In this document: one piece after another, positions 40,326 through 53,615 of the stretch | Position numbering within the stretch: the stretch's first letter is position 1 | Layout: each line of letters starts with the position of its first letter | NCBI GenBank assembly: GCA_951406725.2 | Contig: OX597821.1 | Location: forward strand, 93,248,001 to 93,312,000 | Source: Octopus vulgaris | Lineage: Eukaryota | DNA length: 64,000 nt | Direction: 5' to 3' | Translations under genes and position numbers: made by a program | The notes under the pieces: generated by a model | Seen by the model: only the letters and a program-made list of their open reading frames with translations | Told to the model about the DNA's origin: nothing | The model's database searches: none

Positions 40326-40981
40326 TATATCAGTGGCGACTCCAGTAGTCTGGTTGCTTGGGCTTAGCCCAAGTATAAATTTAGGAAAGTGAATTTGTAT
40401 TTACATGCTGATTTAATTTCTGCCAACGCTGACTTCAGGTATATAATTTCAGCCAATAACTCGGGCTCCTTTTATTAAGCCTGGCTGCAGTTTATTTATT
40501 AACTTAGAGATGCCCCGTGTCAAAAAACATCATTTGTAGCAGACGTTCTCTCAGCATCATTCGCATGCACCTGACTCAGGCTCAGAAGGTACAGCCCAAG
40601 TTTTTATCTATAATCATAAAAACTATAAGTAATTCAAATTCAATGTTTTTTGAAACAATAAATTTCTATAGAGATTAGGATTTAAATTCCAATCTATGAA
40701 AAGTTTCCGTTCTATAATATTCTTCTATGAACAAAAATTTATCCACCAACTCGGGCTAATATGAACGAGCCTAGTAGGTGTAAAAGACTAACTGGTATCT
40801 CTTGTCAAGAGTACAAGCAATAGTTAGATCACTACTGTTTATAGTGCACCCTGCTGTCATTATTTGATTGCTGTTATTTTGTGCGTCTGTGTGTAAAGAT
40901 CAGTTGTGTAGCACTCAAGTAACAATCTTCCACCCGGGTTTCGAAACCGCAGCTCCAAATCACCACACAAACACAAGATGC

Positions 40982-41054
40982 TGACGTCACCCACCTCCAG
41001 TCCAATGAAATTCCACAAACACCAGTTGCTGACGTCACATAATTCCAAACCAAT
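40982..41054 (+). promoter_or_regulatory. Tandem CRE (TGACGTCA) plus CCAAT modules
   Basis: TGACGTCA at 40982 and 41030, each followed by CCAAT exactly 20 bp later (41002, 41050). Function untested. Confidence 0.35.
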
Positions 41055-41319
41055 CAAAACCGAACTTCAAAGAATACAACCAAAAGACCCTTTAAGAAAA
41101 CCAACCAACCAGAATGACCTATAACCGTATCCTGCAAGGAAATCAACCAAGCAGAACGACAAGCTTGACCACAGAAGCAAAACGTCAACAATCTTTTAAG
41201 GAATCAAAATCAGATCCACTCTCAGAAAAAAATTTATACATACATCTTTTCCTAAAGCATACCATTGCAAGCGGAAGCAACCGTTTAAAGATCTGAGAAA
41301 CTGTAATTTCCCCCTTTTT

Positions 41320-41735
41320 CTACTCTCTTTTCTCTTTTACTCTTTTACTTGTTTCAGTCATTTGACTGTGGCCATGCTGGAGCACCGCCTTTAATCGAGC
41401 AACTCGACCCCGGGACTTATTCTTTTGTAAGCCCAGTACTTATTCTATGGGTCTCTTTTGCTGAACCGCTAAGTAACGGGGACATAAACACACCAGCATC
41501 GGTTGTCAAGCAATGCTAGGGGGACAAACACACTCACACAAACACACGCATATATATATATATACAAATATACGACGGGCATCTTTCAGTTTCCGTCTAC
41601 CAAATCCACTCACAAGGCTTTTGTCAACCTGAGGCTATAGTAGAAGACACTTGCCCAAGGTGCCATGCAGTGGGGTTGAACCTGGAACCATGTGGTTAGT
41701 AAACAAGCTACTTACCACACAGCCACTCCTGCGCC
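41320..41735 (-). mobile_element. SINE family A, full length
   Basis: Consensus match. Confidence 0.9.
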
Positions 41736-42089
41736 TATTTCAATTCTCACACTGTTTTTTTTTTTCAGTATGACTTGTTGACCACCACTAAAATTAATGA
41801 ACCTTGTACATTCTAACAAATTAATATACTGTTTTAATTTCAAACTTACACCTTCTGTTTTGAACAGGATAATTTATCAACATTGAAACATTTTAATTTA
41901 ACAACATTGAAACATTTTGAGAAGCGGAAGTAAGTTGATTACATCAATCCCAGTGCTTGGCTGGTACCTTTATTATTGACCTGAAAAGATTAAAAGTAAA
42001 GTTGACCTCAGTGAAATTTGAACTCAAAACATAAAACCAGAAGGAATGCTGTTGAGCAAATCCTTTCTTCCAGGTTTATGTTCTCTCTC

Positions 42090-42472
42090 TCTCTTTTACT
42101 TGTTTCAGTCATTTGACTGCGGCCATGCTGGAGCACCGCCTTTAGTCGAGCAAATCGACCCCAGGACTTATTCTTTGTAAGCCCAGTACTTATTCTATCG
42201 GTCTCTTTTGCTGAACCACTAAGTGACGGGGACGTAAACACACCAGCATCGGTTGTGAAGCAATGCTAGGGGGACAAACACAGACACACATACATATATA
42301 TATATACACATATATATGACAGGCTTCTTTCAGTTTCCGTCTACCAAATCCACTCACAAGGCATTGGTCGGCCCGAGGCTATAGCAGAAGACACTTGCCC
42401 AAGATGCCATGCAGTGGGACTGAACCCGGAACCATATGGTTGGTTAGCAAGCTACTTACCACACAGCCACTT
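42090..42472 (-). mobile_element. SINE family A, full length
   Basis: Consensus match; adjacent degenerate SINE B at ~41925-42065. Confidence 0.9.
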
Positions 42473-42939
42473 CTGTGTTTAAATTTTGGTAATAGAATCA
42501 AGGATAGTTTTGTTACCCATTTTAAACTCCCAAAGCGCAGCGACATCATTTTAAGTGACCTGGAAGTTATCGGCAGTCCACTTTCTCGGTTAGTGGGCTT
42601 GGTACCATATTCCTATTTTAGAATTAAAGAGCTTTTCGGTGTTTTCATATTCCTATAGTGTTACTTCATTCATGGTGATATGCAGTTGCATCATCTGGAC
42701 ATAATTTGGTAAATTGTCCAGATATTTTACTAAACTTGTCTTTATTCTTAGGAAGCTGTTTCAATGAGTTTTTGTAGGCTATTTACACTGAGTGGATAAG
42801 TTTCTACTATTCTGGAATTTTTTTATTGTATTGTTCTTGGAATTGTCTTGGCAAAATTACACTGTAGCTCTTGTATAAGCTTTGCCATTGTTTCATTGTC
42901 TGCATATGACAGGAGTCTACAGGCTCTAGCTCTTTAGTA

Positions 42940-43118
42940 CAAATGCTTTGTTTTCATAAGTTTTGAATTAAAATATTCCACCAGACCTTAGTCACAATTT
43001 ATGTTCCTAACACTAGCTTAATGATAACTAAGTTATTTTACTAAATTCTTTGTTATATTTAAAGTAATTGAAAGAAACACAGAGCATCTCAAAATAAATA
43101 CAGTAACAAAAAGGTTAA
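42940..43118. mobile_element. piggyBac-MITE-like right end (related end at ~57490-57624)
   Basis: Ends GTAACAAAAAGG-TTAA and GTTATGAAAGGG-TTAA with shared internal TATTTTA.TAAATTCTT; left ends not found. Confidence 0.45.
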
Positions 43119-43529
43119 GGAATACATACATTCCATGTGATAGTATTCATCAGAAGGTTTTTGAAAAGAGAACTGAGAGAGTTACTAGTACTAGCTGCTG
43201 TTGTTTTTGTTGTTGTTATTGTTGTTGATGTTGATGTTACTGGTAAAGCTGATGTTTTCACCACTGTCCATACTATCACCCTTCCTATAAATGCCACCAC
43301 CATCACCATCCTAGCATCACTGTCAGTATTTAGGGTTAAGCTCAGGAATGAGAATGTTGTTACTACTATCTGTATTTGTAGGGGAGGAGAGTTAATATTG
43401 TTGTTGTTGTTGCTGTTAAGGTTGTTACAGTCACTGCAGCGGTTGTTGCTGTTGTTACTAATATCATTGTTGCTGTTGTTCTTGTTGTTGCTGCTGTTTT
43501 TGTAAGTATCAGTATTCCATATTGTCCAG

Positions 43530-43687
43530 AGTTCAAATTCCGCCGAGGTCGACTTTGCCTTTCATCCTTTCGGGGTCGATAAATTAAGTACCAGTTACGC
43601 ACTGGGGTCGATGTAATCGACTTAATCCGTTCCTCTGTCCTTGTTTGTCCCCTCTATGTTTAGCCCCTTGTGAGCAATAAAGAAATA
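43530..43687 (+). mobile_element. SINE family B, 5' truncated, 12-bp TSD
   Basis: CATATTGTCCAG on both sides. Confidence 0.88.
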
Positions 43688-43746
43688 CATATTGTCCAGT
43701 TAATTTTCAAGGAAGTCTTTTCGATTCCAGCCAGACAATTAATGTT

Positions 43747-44350
43747 ACCTATTTCTTTACTACCCACAAGGGGCTAGACACAGAGAGGTCAAACAAGGAC
43801 AGACAAACGGATTAACTCGAATACATCAACCCTAGTGCGTAACTGGTACTTAATTTGTCGACCCCGAAAGGATGAAAGGCAAAGTTGACCTTGGCGGAAT
43901 TTGAACTCAGAACGTAGCGGCAGACGAAATACCTATTTCTTTACTACCCACAAGGGGCTAGACACAGAGAGGTCAAACAAGGACAGACAAACGGATTAAC
44001 TCGAATACATCAACCCTAGTGCGTAACTGGTACTTAATTTATCGACCCCGAAAGGATGAAAGGCAAAGTTGACCTTGGCGGAATTTGAACTCAGAACGTA
44101 GCGGCAGACGAAATACCTATTTCTTTACTACCCACAAGGGTCTAGACACAGAGAGGTCAAACAAGGACAGACAAACGGATTAAGTCGAATACATCAACCC
44201 CAGTGCGTAACTGGTACTTAATTTATCGACACCGAAAGGATGAAAGGCAAAGTCGACCTCGGCGGAATTTGAACTCAGAACGTAGCGGTAGACGAAATAT
44301 TGGTAAGCATTTCGCCCGGAGTGCTAACGTTTCTGCCAGCTCGCCGCCTT
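43747..44350 (-). mobile_element. SINE family B tandem trimer inserted as one unit (14-bp TSD)
   Basis: Units start at 43747, 43931 and 44115 (184-bp period); TSD AGACAATTAATGTT at 43733-43746 and 44351-44364. Confidence 0.92.
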
Positions 44351-44506
44351 AGACAATTAATGTTGCCGATCAAACTGAAGTTTCCATAATTCCAAAACAA
44401 CGAAAGCAAAAAAACTCCCTTGTACACACATGCACATGAGCACATGCACGCAGGGATAATAGGGGCTCACTATGATATACAAAAGTATGCAGAGCACCCC
44501 AAAGTA

Positions 44507-44507
<1 letters not shown>

Positions 44508-44539
<32 letters not shown>

Positions 44540-45075
44540 TTAGCGTCCGTTTTCCATGCTAGCATGGGTTGGACGGTTCGACTGGGGTCTGTGAAGCTGG
44601 AAGGCTTCATCAGGCCCAGTCAGATCTGGCAGTGTTTCTACGGCTGGATGCCCTTCCTAACGCCAACCACTCCGTGAGTGTAGTGGGTGCTTTTTACGTG
44701 TCACCGGCATGGGGGCCAGACAGAGCTGGCAAATGGCCACGAACGGATGGTGCTTTTACGTGTCACCGGCACGGGGGCCAGACAGAGCTGGCAAACAGCC
44801 ACGAATGGATGGTGCTTTTACGTGTCACCGGCACGGGGGCCATGCGAGGCTGGCAACGAACACGAACGGATGGTGCTTTTACGTGCCACTGACACGGGGG
44901 CCAGACAGGGCTGGCAAATGGCCACGAACGGATGGTGCTTTTACGTGTCACCTGCACAGGGGCCAGGCGAGGCTGGCAACGGACACGAACGGATGGTGCT
45001 TTTACGTGCCACCGACACGGAGGCTAGACGGCGCAGCGCCAGCAACGACCATGATCGGATGGTTCGCTTAACCAC
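44508..45075 (-). mobile_element. SINE-like family D with about six tandem ~61-bp units
   Basis: Repeated TGGTGCTTTTACGTGTCACCGGCACGGGGGCCAGACAGAGCTGGCAAA.GGCCACGAACGGA. Confidence 0.8.
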
Positions 45076-46559
45076 AGCTGCAAACATATATATATACTTG
45101 TGTGTATGGTCACACATGTGAATGTTTGAATTGATAAATTACAGCGATCCAAATCATATCTATTATTACCAACTCATTTACAATTTCACCAACTCACTTG
45201 CAATTCAAAGGGTAGGTGTATGTCTAATCACATGACACTTTATCTGGAGATCCATCAAATACAATGAACTGGAATTATTACCAATAAAATTCATAGCCGA
45301 GTTGGCGAAACTAGCAGTAACAGATATTCTTTGAATCACTGTAACGATACACTTAGTAATTTTTCACAAATATTTATTTCTCTTTTTTTATTCTATGTTC
45401 TCAATTGTTAATAGACTCTATAACATGTGTGTGTGTATGTGTGTGTGTGTGTATGTGTGTGTGTGTGTATGAGTATATTTGCATGTGTGTGTGCATGCAC
45501 ATATTTGCATATGTATCCAAATGTGTGTGTATATATGGTTAGAGCTTGTTGAATTGATCCAATGCTTTGCTGGTGTGTATATTGATTATTTTTGTCACTG
45601 TCTGTGGTTAGGCATTGGTGCGGTGCAGCTAAAATCAGATCTGTTATTTCTGCTTTTGCCCAGAGTTATTAAGCAATTGTTGGTTTTCTTCCTGTTTTAT
45701 TACTTCTTAGTTGAGTTTTGTAGAGTATTGATAATAGAGAAGTTAGTCTCTCTCTGTTTTTCTCTTCAGTATATTTTGGTATCCCATTTTAACTTTTGCC
45801 TTTTTTATTTTAACCTTTTTCTGAACATTTCTTCCTACCTAAATCATTTCCTACTGTGTGCAACAAATGTCACAAGTTATTACATAAGTAGTACCCTTAT
45901 ACTTTGTATATAAATTCTCAATTTTGCAGAACATATTTGTCAATATGTTCAGCTGCCCAGATTCACTGGCACCAACAAACACATCCACATCAGTTAATGT
46001 GCCTGCTTTAAGAATCATGCCTATATCATCATCATTTAGACCAAGCAGTTATTTAGGTCAGTGTTACATTAATTAATGATGCTTTTCAAGAGAGGTGTCT
46101 TAAAGAAATTCTCTAAATGGAATTGCTGCTGGGTATGTAATCAAGCCTAGAGTGACAGAGTCATTGATACAATCCAGAGATGTAGTGCTAGGTCACAGTA
46201 TACCAACTGAAGCCAGAAAGGTACTAGTTATCACAATGTTTCTGACAGTCATCATCGAATAGCAGTTACAACATAGCAGTGACAAATAGTAAAACAGCTA
46301 TAAACTCATTACTTTGGACAGCTTTTACCAATAGCCCAGATACTGCCATATAGAACAGGGACCAGTTCAATAACCAACTAGAAGAGCTGCAACCACACCT
46401 GCACAGGTGGGCTTACCAGACCACCATTTACCAATAACTTAAATATCTAACCTTTTTATAATCAATAGATTTTATGAATGGTGACAAAGCTTTCTATCAA
46501 TATGTATACATTCATTTCTGTACTGTACTGAGATATTATACATGGGTGAAAAAAACATG

Positions 46560-48480
46560 CACACACACTTGCTCCTGTCATTGGGCTCTCATTGCCATGT
46601 TGATAAAACCCACTGAGTCAGTCTATTTGACCCAGATCGGATTAAAGGGCATCAAAATCCACAAATTAGACTTTGCTTCTGACCCCAAATGCCAACTGAT
46701 TAACCCAGCTGAATCAGAAATCAAGCTGGAAAGTAAACATATACTGAGAAAGATCAACAATGACATAAGGAGGGCATTGAATGTCTCCCTATGACATAAT
46801 ACCAATGAAATTATTTCATGGTTTAAAGGAGAAGGTTCCCCTAATTTTATATAATAGATTTTTATCCATCTATATCGAAAAGGTTACTAGTTAAGGTGTC
46901 ATGTTCACTAGGAATTTTCCTGACATTACCTATAGGGATATAGACGCAATTATGCATGCTCGGAAAATGCTCCTGTTCAATAACGGTTCAGCCTGGGCCA
47001 CACAGACTGACCCAGTAGGTTCCTTCCATGTGGCAATCAGAGCATTTGGCAGCATGGATATCTTCAACCTCACAGGATTGTATATGTTGGACACCTTAAC
47101 GAAGTGGTTCTTGTCAGTCCTTTTTGGTCTCTACAGAGATGATGCTTCAACTATCTGTAGAAGCAATAACGGGCATACCTTAGATGGGTTTAGTAAGGAC
47201 CTAATTCATGCCCTTAGCTCCCTTGTCCTTAAGATTACAATAGAGACCAAACCTATCATTGTTAACATTTTAGACTATACATTGAACTTAGGGACCTGAT
47301 CCTACAGGTCCTATCACAAACCAAATGAAAGGCTGTCATACATTAATATAACCTCTTGCTACCCATCTATCATGATCAAGAACCTAGGGAAAAGTGTCAT
47401 TAAGACGATTTTCAACCTATCCTCTTGTAAAGAAGTTTTTGAAGTTACAACCCCCTAGTATGATGAGGTTTTGATGTACAGTGGGCTTAATTACTGCATC
47501 TCCTATATGCCAGGTCCTAACACCCACTAAAGGAAACACCACCATAAACTTGTTTGGTCTACCCCACCCTTTTCACTTAATGTCAAGACATGCATGGGAA
47601 GAATATTCCTGGATTTGTGGACAAATTCTTCATATGGTCACACAGATACGAGTTATTGTTTAATAGATACAATTTACAGGTCTCTTTCGAATGTGCTCCC
47701 AGTGATAAAAAAAGTATTAGTGAACATTCTTAAACTCCACACAGAGGCAAGATGCTCGTACATGGTTAGCAATGAATGCTCAGTGATGGAGGGGGGGTCA
47801 ATGCAACTCCAAATGATAGTATATGAGGTTGAGGTCATGTCCAGCAGCAGTGACAGCAGCAACTGCAATGGCACCAACAACACATCTGCCAGTAACAACA
47901 ATAGTGATAGCAATTTCAGCAGTTGCAGCAGCAGCAACACTACCAATGTTTCAAGCAATAGCAGCAGCTATGGCAGCAATAGCAACAGCAACACCAACAT
48001 CAACAATGCATCTGACACAAGCAACATCAGCAGCTATGATGATGGCAACTACAGCATCACCATCATGTCCAGCAATAACAGCAACAATGGCTGTGATACC
48101 AGCACCAGCACCAGAAATGGCTCTGGTAGCGACAATAGCAACAGCAATGATAACAACAACACTAGCAGCTGTAATACTACCAGCACAAGGACAGACATGG
48201 AAATATGTCAGATCTGCAGAGAGACTCTTCCAGCATGGTCTTAATAATCACAGGTCTTCCTTTAGGATACCAGAGAGGCACAATATCACATCCCTGGCCA
48301 ACTATAGATGGTGTTTAAAAGAGGAGACCATGCCTCAATGGGAGCAAACTATGTAAGCTTTACTTGGCTGGGAGAGCAAGAATCTTGAAAAATTTGCTTG
48401 ATCTGGGAGTATTCTTAAACTCAAAAAAATTGATGCTTAGTCAGTGCTCTCATCAGTGAAAATTCCTGTTGAAAACGTGA
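46560..48480 (+). mobile_element. Penelope-like retroelement (RT plus C-terminal GIY-YIG), decayed
   Basis: PKCQLINPAESEI, DFYPSISK, IMHARKMLLFN, GLYRDDA, LKITIE, YHKPNERLSYIN, VWSTPPFSLNVKTCMGRIFL, IVYEVEV...KYVRSAERLFQHGLNNHRSSFR...TSLANYRW and CSHQ*KFLL. The motif set resembles Naiad-type PLEs (recalled, not searched). Confidence 0.85.
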
Positions 48481-48835
48481 AATACCCCCTTTGCCAACTA
48501 GGGAAAAAGCAGTCAACTATATGCTGATGCATTTTAGATATGACTGAAACTGAACTAAGTGGGATAACTCCATCTTGCCTACACTTATTGCCAGCATGAT
48601 TTCATTCCCAAGTTTTCTGTTTACAAAATTTACCGGCCATGACATATTCCTTCCTCCATTTGTAGAGAAGTCATATACTCCAGCCAACGAGTCAGATGAG
48701 TCGTCTATACAACTGCATTTTATAGGTATGAAACCAATGGTCACTCTCTGACCAGACACAACAAACGACCTTTTAAGTATTACTTCTCCAATGTTTTAGA
48801 GTGTGTTTCTTGTTGGATATATGAACTACTGACCA

Positions 48836-48896
<61 letters not shown>

Positions 48897-49224
48897 GTGT
48901 GTATCATAAAATGGGGGAAAAGATCACCTATCCCCTCACGTATAAATCCTTTACTAACAAATTTTGTATTGAAAAAGTAGATCCTTTCAGTGAGCACAGT
49001 TGTTAGGGCATTATTTGTTCCAACACCTAATGTTTTAAATTCAGATCTGGTCAAGGTCAACTTACCCTTTTATCCTTCAGGGATCAATAGAAATAAAGTA
49101 CTAGTCAAGTACTAGGTTTTAATGGTATTGACTACCTTCACTGCTCTCAAAATTGCTGGCTTTTGGCCGAAATTAGAAATAATTATTTTTATTGTTCATT
49201 TTGTGGTGGTGCTGATGATGGTTG

Positions 49225-49268
<44 letters not shown>

Positions 49269-49269
49269 T

Positions 49270-49645
49270 ATTGTCATTGCACAGCTTTTAATACTAGAGA
49301 TATACTACAGTGTCAGCTGTTCACTACGAGTGAACTAAGGTAACACCCTTTATTTTTCGAGCTCCATCCGGAGTAGTCAAGTAATTCCAAGCAGTGCTGT
49401 TTTCTGCAAGTGCTCCACCCTTATTGCAGCCCCTATTTGTTCCATGTTCTTCTCAAGACTTTTACTCATTGTTCCCAAGGCTCCGAAAGTTATTGGTACT
49501 GCTACTGCCTTTTTCATCGACCACAACTGCTTAACTTCCCGAGCTAACCTGTCATATCTATCGACTTTTTTTTCTTCTTTATCACATACCTTGTTGTCAG
49601 CTGGGCATGCTATATCTATGATCCAGCATAGTTTGCTTTCTTTCC
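49270..49645 (-). mobile_element. R4/Dong-type LINE 3' end (restriction-like endonuclease) in (TAA)n
   Basis: CWIIDIACPADNKVCDKEEKKVDRYDRLAREVKQLW..VPITFGALG..LQKTALLG; (ATT)n on both sides. Confidence 0.85.
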
Positions 49646-49869
49646 CAATTATTATTATTATTATTATCATTATTATTATTATTATCATTATTATTATTAT
49701 CATTATGTTTTTACTTCTTCCTTCAAATTTTCTTCCGTTTCTCGCCGAGTGTTTTCCATACACCTAGAGCAGAGAAGGGCATTGTATGCATTCCCAGATT
49801 ACACATGCAAATTCACAGATAAAATATGTATTTAAAAATTAATAAATAAATAAATTCATGGATGGATGT

Positions 49870-50126
49870 TGTTTTCACAGCGATAATGCTCTTCTCAGTA
49901 CATGAGCCATTCCAGTTAATATGATTTTTTGTACTTCCTGTGGGGATGGTAAGTCTGGAATCATTTTCAAATAGGTTTCAGTACCTTTTTTTTATCATTC
50001 CTAGAGATCCTTCAATCACTGGTACTGTAGTTGCCTTGAGATGCCACATTTTTTCAATTTCTATTAGCAAGTCTTTATATTTACTAATCTTGTCTCTATT
50101 AGCAGGTCTTTATATTTACTAATCTT

Positions 50127-50127
<1 letters not shown>
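49870..50127 (-). mobile_element. Second REL-endonuclease LINE 3' fragment in (TAA)n
   Basis: Minus strand KYKDLLIEIEKMWHLKATTVPVIEGSLGMIKK. Confidence 0.75.
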
Positions 50128-50167
<40 letters not shown>

Positions 50168-50718
50168 ATTATTATTATTATTATTAATATTATTATTACT
50201 AATATTTCATAATTGTTCCCTACTTGTAACATTTATAACAGAACACTACACCAAAGAGTTAATAACTATTTTGCAGCTTCATACACTAACCAAAGCATCT
50301 ACGAGCTACCTAACAAAAAAACTTTATTAAAATAGATAACTCTTGCCCCCGAGTAAAATGCAAATATTCTATACTTGTCTCACTTCTCATATAGAGAGAA
50401 AATATAGCAAACATCATCAACAACAACTACAATAACAACCATAATATTAACAATAACAGTAATAACAAAAAGGAACATGAAACAAATATATATGATAAAC
50501 AAAACAAAACAGAGAAACATCCCTGCTTCTTCCCCTTGCAACAAAAAAAGTGTGTGTGTGTGTGTGTGTACTTTTACAAAAAATGTAATATACCTAATTT
50601 CCATAAATGGTGACTACTAATTTATTGTACATTCCTTACTGAAAAGTTAGAGCATCGAGCACAGAATATGATAGTTGGGTGAGGTAGAGGGCTAAAAGTA
50701 ACCTCCAGCGACAAGGAA

Positions 50719-50765
<47 letters not shown>

Positions 50766-51078
50766 TAATGATGATGCTGATGATAATAATAATAATGATA
50801 GTAATAAAAATAAAAATAATAATAATAATAATAATTATAACGAGGTGGTGTAATTGGTACACAAAGCATAATAAAATATAAAATATTGTGTGTGTGTATA
50901 TATGAATATACATGTAGAGGGAGGCCTGTGCATATGCATCTATGTTAGAATATATATATGTATGTATGTGTGTGTTTGTGTGTGTGTGTGTTTGTGTGTG
51001 TATGTGTGTGTATACACGAAAGAATAACGAAATCAAAAATAAATGTTATAAGGAAACAACTAGCAATAAACAAACAAG

Positions 51079-51109
<31 letters not shown>

Positions 51110-51294
51110 ACAGGAATAGACACACAGCAAAGTGTAAAACAAACAAAAAATTTTTTTTTCAAAAATGAAGAAATATATAAACATCAGAAGAGAAGTTTAA
51201 CATTCTATTTTCTACATGTAAAGAGTAGATTAAATTGTTGAACTTTTTGGCCTCATTAGAAAGTTCTACTGAAATTTTGATTCAAACAAGTTTG

Positions 51295-51399
51295 TTATAT
51301 ACATACATGCATACATACATGCATGCATGCATACATACATACATACATACATACATACATACATACATACATACATACATACATACATACATACATACA

Positions 51400-51477
<78 letters not shown>

Positions 51478-51531
51478 GTGACATCTTCATATGCTACTCA
51501 TGATAGTTTACAAGAAATATATACTGTGAAG

Positions 51532-51574
<43 letters not shown>

Positions 51575-51661
51575 TGCATACATATATGTGTATATATATA
51601 AATATATATATACACATATATATATATACACATATATATATATATGATATATATTTATGCG

Positions 51662-51701
<40 letters not shown>

Positions 51702-51826
51702 CACACACACATATGTGCGTATTATATGTACTTGTATGTCTATAACTAAACAGTCAAGAGACATAAATAATCAGAGTGCAATAATGCATATATACATATT
51801 TATACACACATATACATATACATGTA

Positions 51827-51870
<44 letters not shown>

Positions 51871-53170
51871 CATATATATATATCTGTATATGTGTCTGCG
51901 TGTGTGTGTCTGTGAGTGTGTGTGTATATATGTATATATACATTTATACAAGTATGAACATATATATATATATTTATATATGAATGTATGCATGTATGCT
52001 CACTTGTTTGGGTGTATATGCAAGCTAGTATTAATAGGAAATGAGAAAATCGAACATCTAAAAAAAGAAACCTAGACAATTATCAGAAAATGTATTCTGG
52101 CAGAACTTGTTTCAAGCAATTACTCACTGTTAGGAAATACTGTGAAATTTGAAATTACCAGCAATATTTTGGTAGCAGTCTTCTGTGTTTTGTTTGTTAT
52201 TTATTACCTTGTTATTGCATTTTTACATAATATCATATACATGTATGTATGTACGTATGTATTTGAGTGTCTGCCTGTATATATGTGTGTCTGTGTATGT
52301 GTGTGTTTGTATGTATGTTTTTATGTGTGTGTGCCTGTATGTATGTTTGTATGTGTGCATCTGTATGTATGTATGTATGTATGTATGTATGCATGTATAA
52401 ATGTATATATTTATGTGCGTCCCTGTGTATCTATCTGTATGTATGCATGCATGTTTGCATGTATGTGTGTATGTATGTTTATATAAGTATGTTACATATG
52501 TGTGTGAGTGTGTGTATGTGTGTATGTACGTTTGTGTGTGTGTGTGTATATATATATACATGTGCGTATGTATTTATATATGTGCGCAGATATATATATA
52601 TGTATGTATATATACACACACTCCCAGTATGTGTATACATGTGTGAGGGTGTGTATGTGTTTGTGTGTATGTATATATGTATGTGTCTCTAAGTATGTAT
52701 GACATACACCTTCTGTGTATAAAATATATTTTAAGCGTGGTATGCTTATATATTCAGATGTATACAATTGATATAAATGATCATAGTGTTAAATTGGTAT
52801 GTACACAAATACATATACACATACTTGCACACATATACATACACATACACATGCCATCACACACACATACATAGTCACACACATATTTGTATGAGTGTAT
52901 TCATTCCATATAAAACTATGTATGCCATGCATACTTAAATAAATATGGTTAAATTTCACAAAACATGGATGTGTGAGTGTGTGAGTGTGTGAGTTTGTGT
53001 GTATGTGTGTGTGTGTTTTATCTAAATATACTGAGACATCTGTACACACAAACATATACATACAAATGTGCTTGTATGTGTATGGTATGTATGAACTGTA
53101 TGTATGTAAGTATGTAAGTATGTATGTATGTGTCTGTGTGTGTGAGTGTGTGTGTATGTGTGTATGCATG

Positions 53171-53204
<34 letters not shown>

Positions 53205-53292
53205 TGTGTGTGTGTGAGTGTGTGTGTATGTATGTATGCATGTATCTATGTATGTATGTATGTGTGTATGTATGTATGTATGTATGTATGTA

Positions 53293-53327
<35 letters not shown>

Positions 53328-53420
53328 ATGTATGTATGTATGTATGTATGTATGTGTGTGTGTGAGTGTGTGTGTATGTATTCATGTATGTATGTATGTA
53401 TATATGTATGTTTCTATGAA
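51295..53420. repeat. Compound (TACA)n/(TA)n/(TG)n/(TATG)n microsatellite tract
   Basis: Directly visible. Confidence 0.95.
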
Positions 53421-53615
53421 TGAGATTATGTGTGCATTTTAGGTGTACTTGTCTCTGGAACGTGTATCCAAAAGAAATTTAAAATAATATTTGAATCAAA
53501 AATATCTTCAATAGTGAGTACACTGAGAAAGTCTGAAAATTTAATTCTTAAACAAATGTTTAACATTAGTAAACTGACGAAGTTGATTTATAAGAAGTGA
53601 TAAGATGATAGAGAT

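Noticed and set aside
48440-48465. In-frame TGA near the Penelope C-terminus as selenocysteine
   Set aside because: Not at a Cys-equivalent position, the element has many other stops and frameshifts, and no SECIS was recognised.
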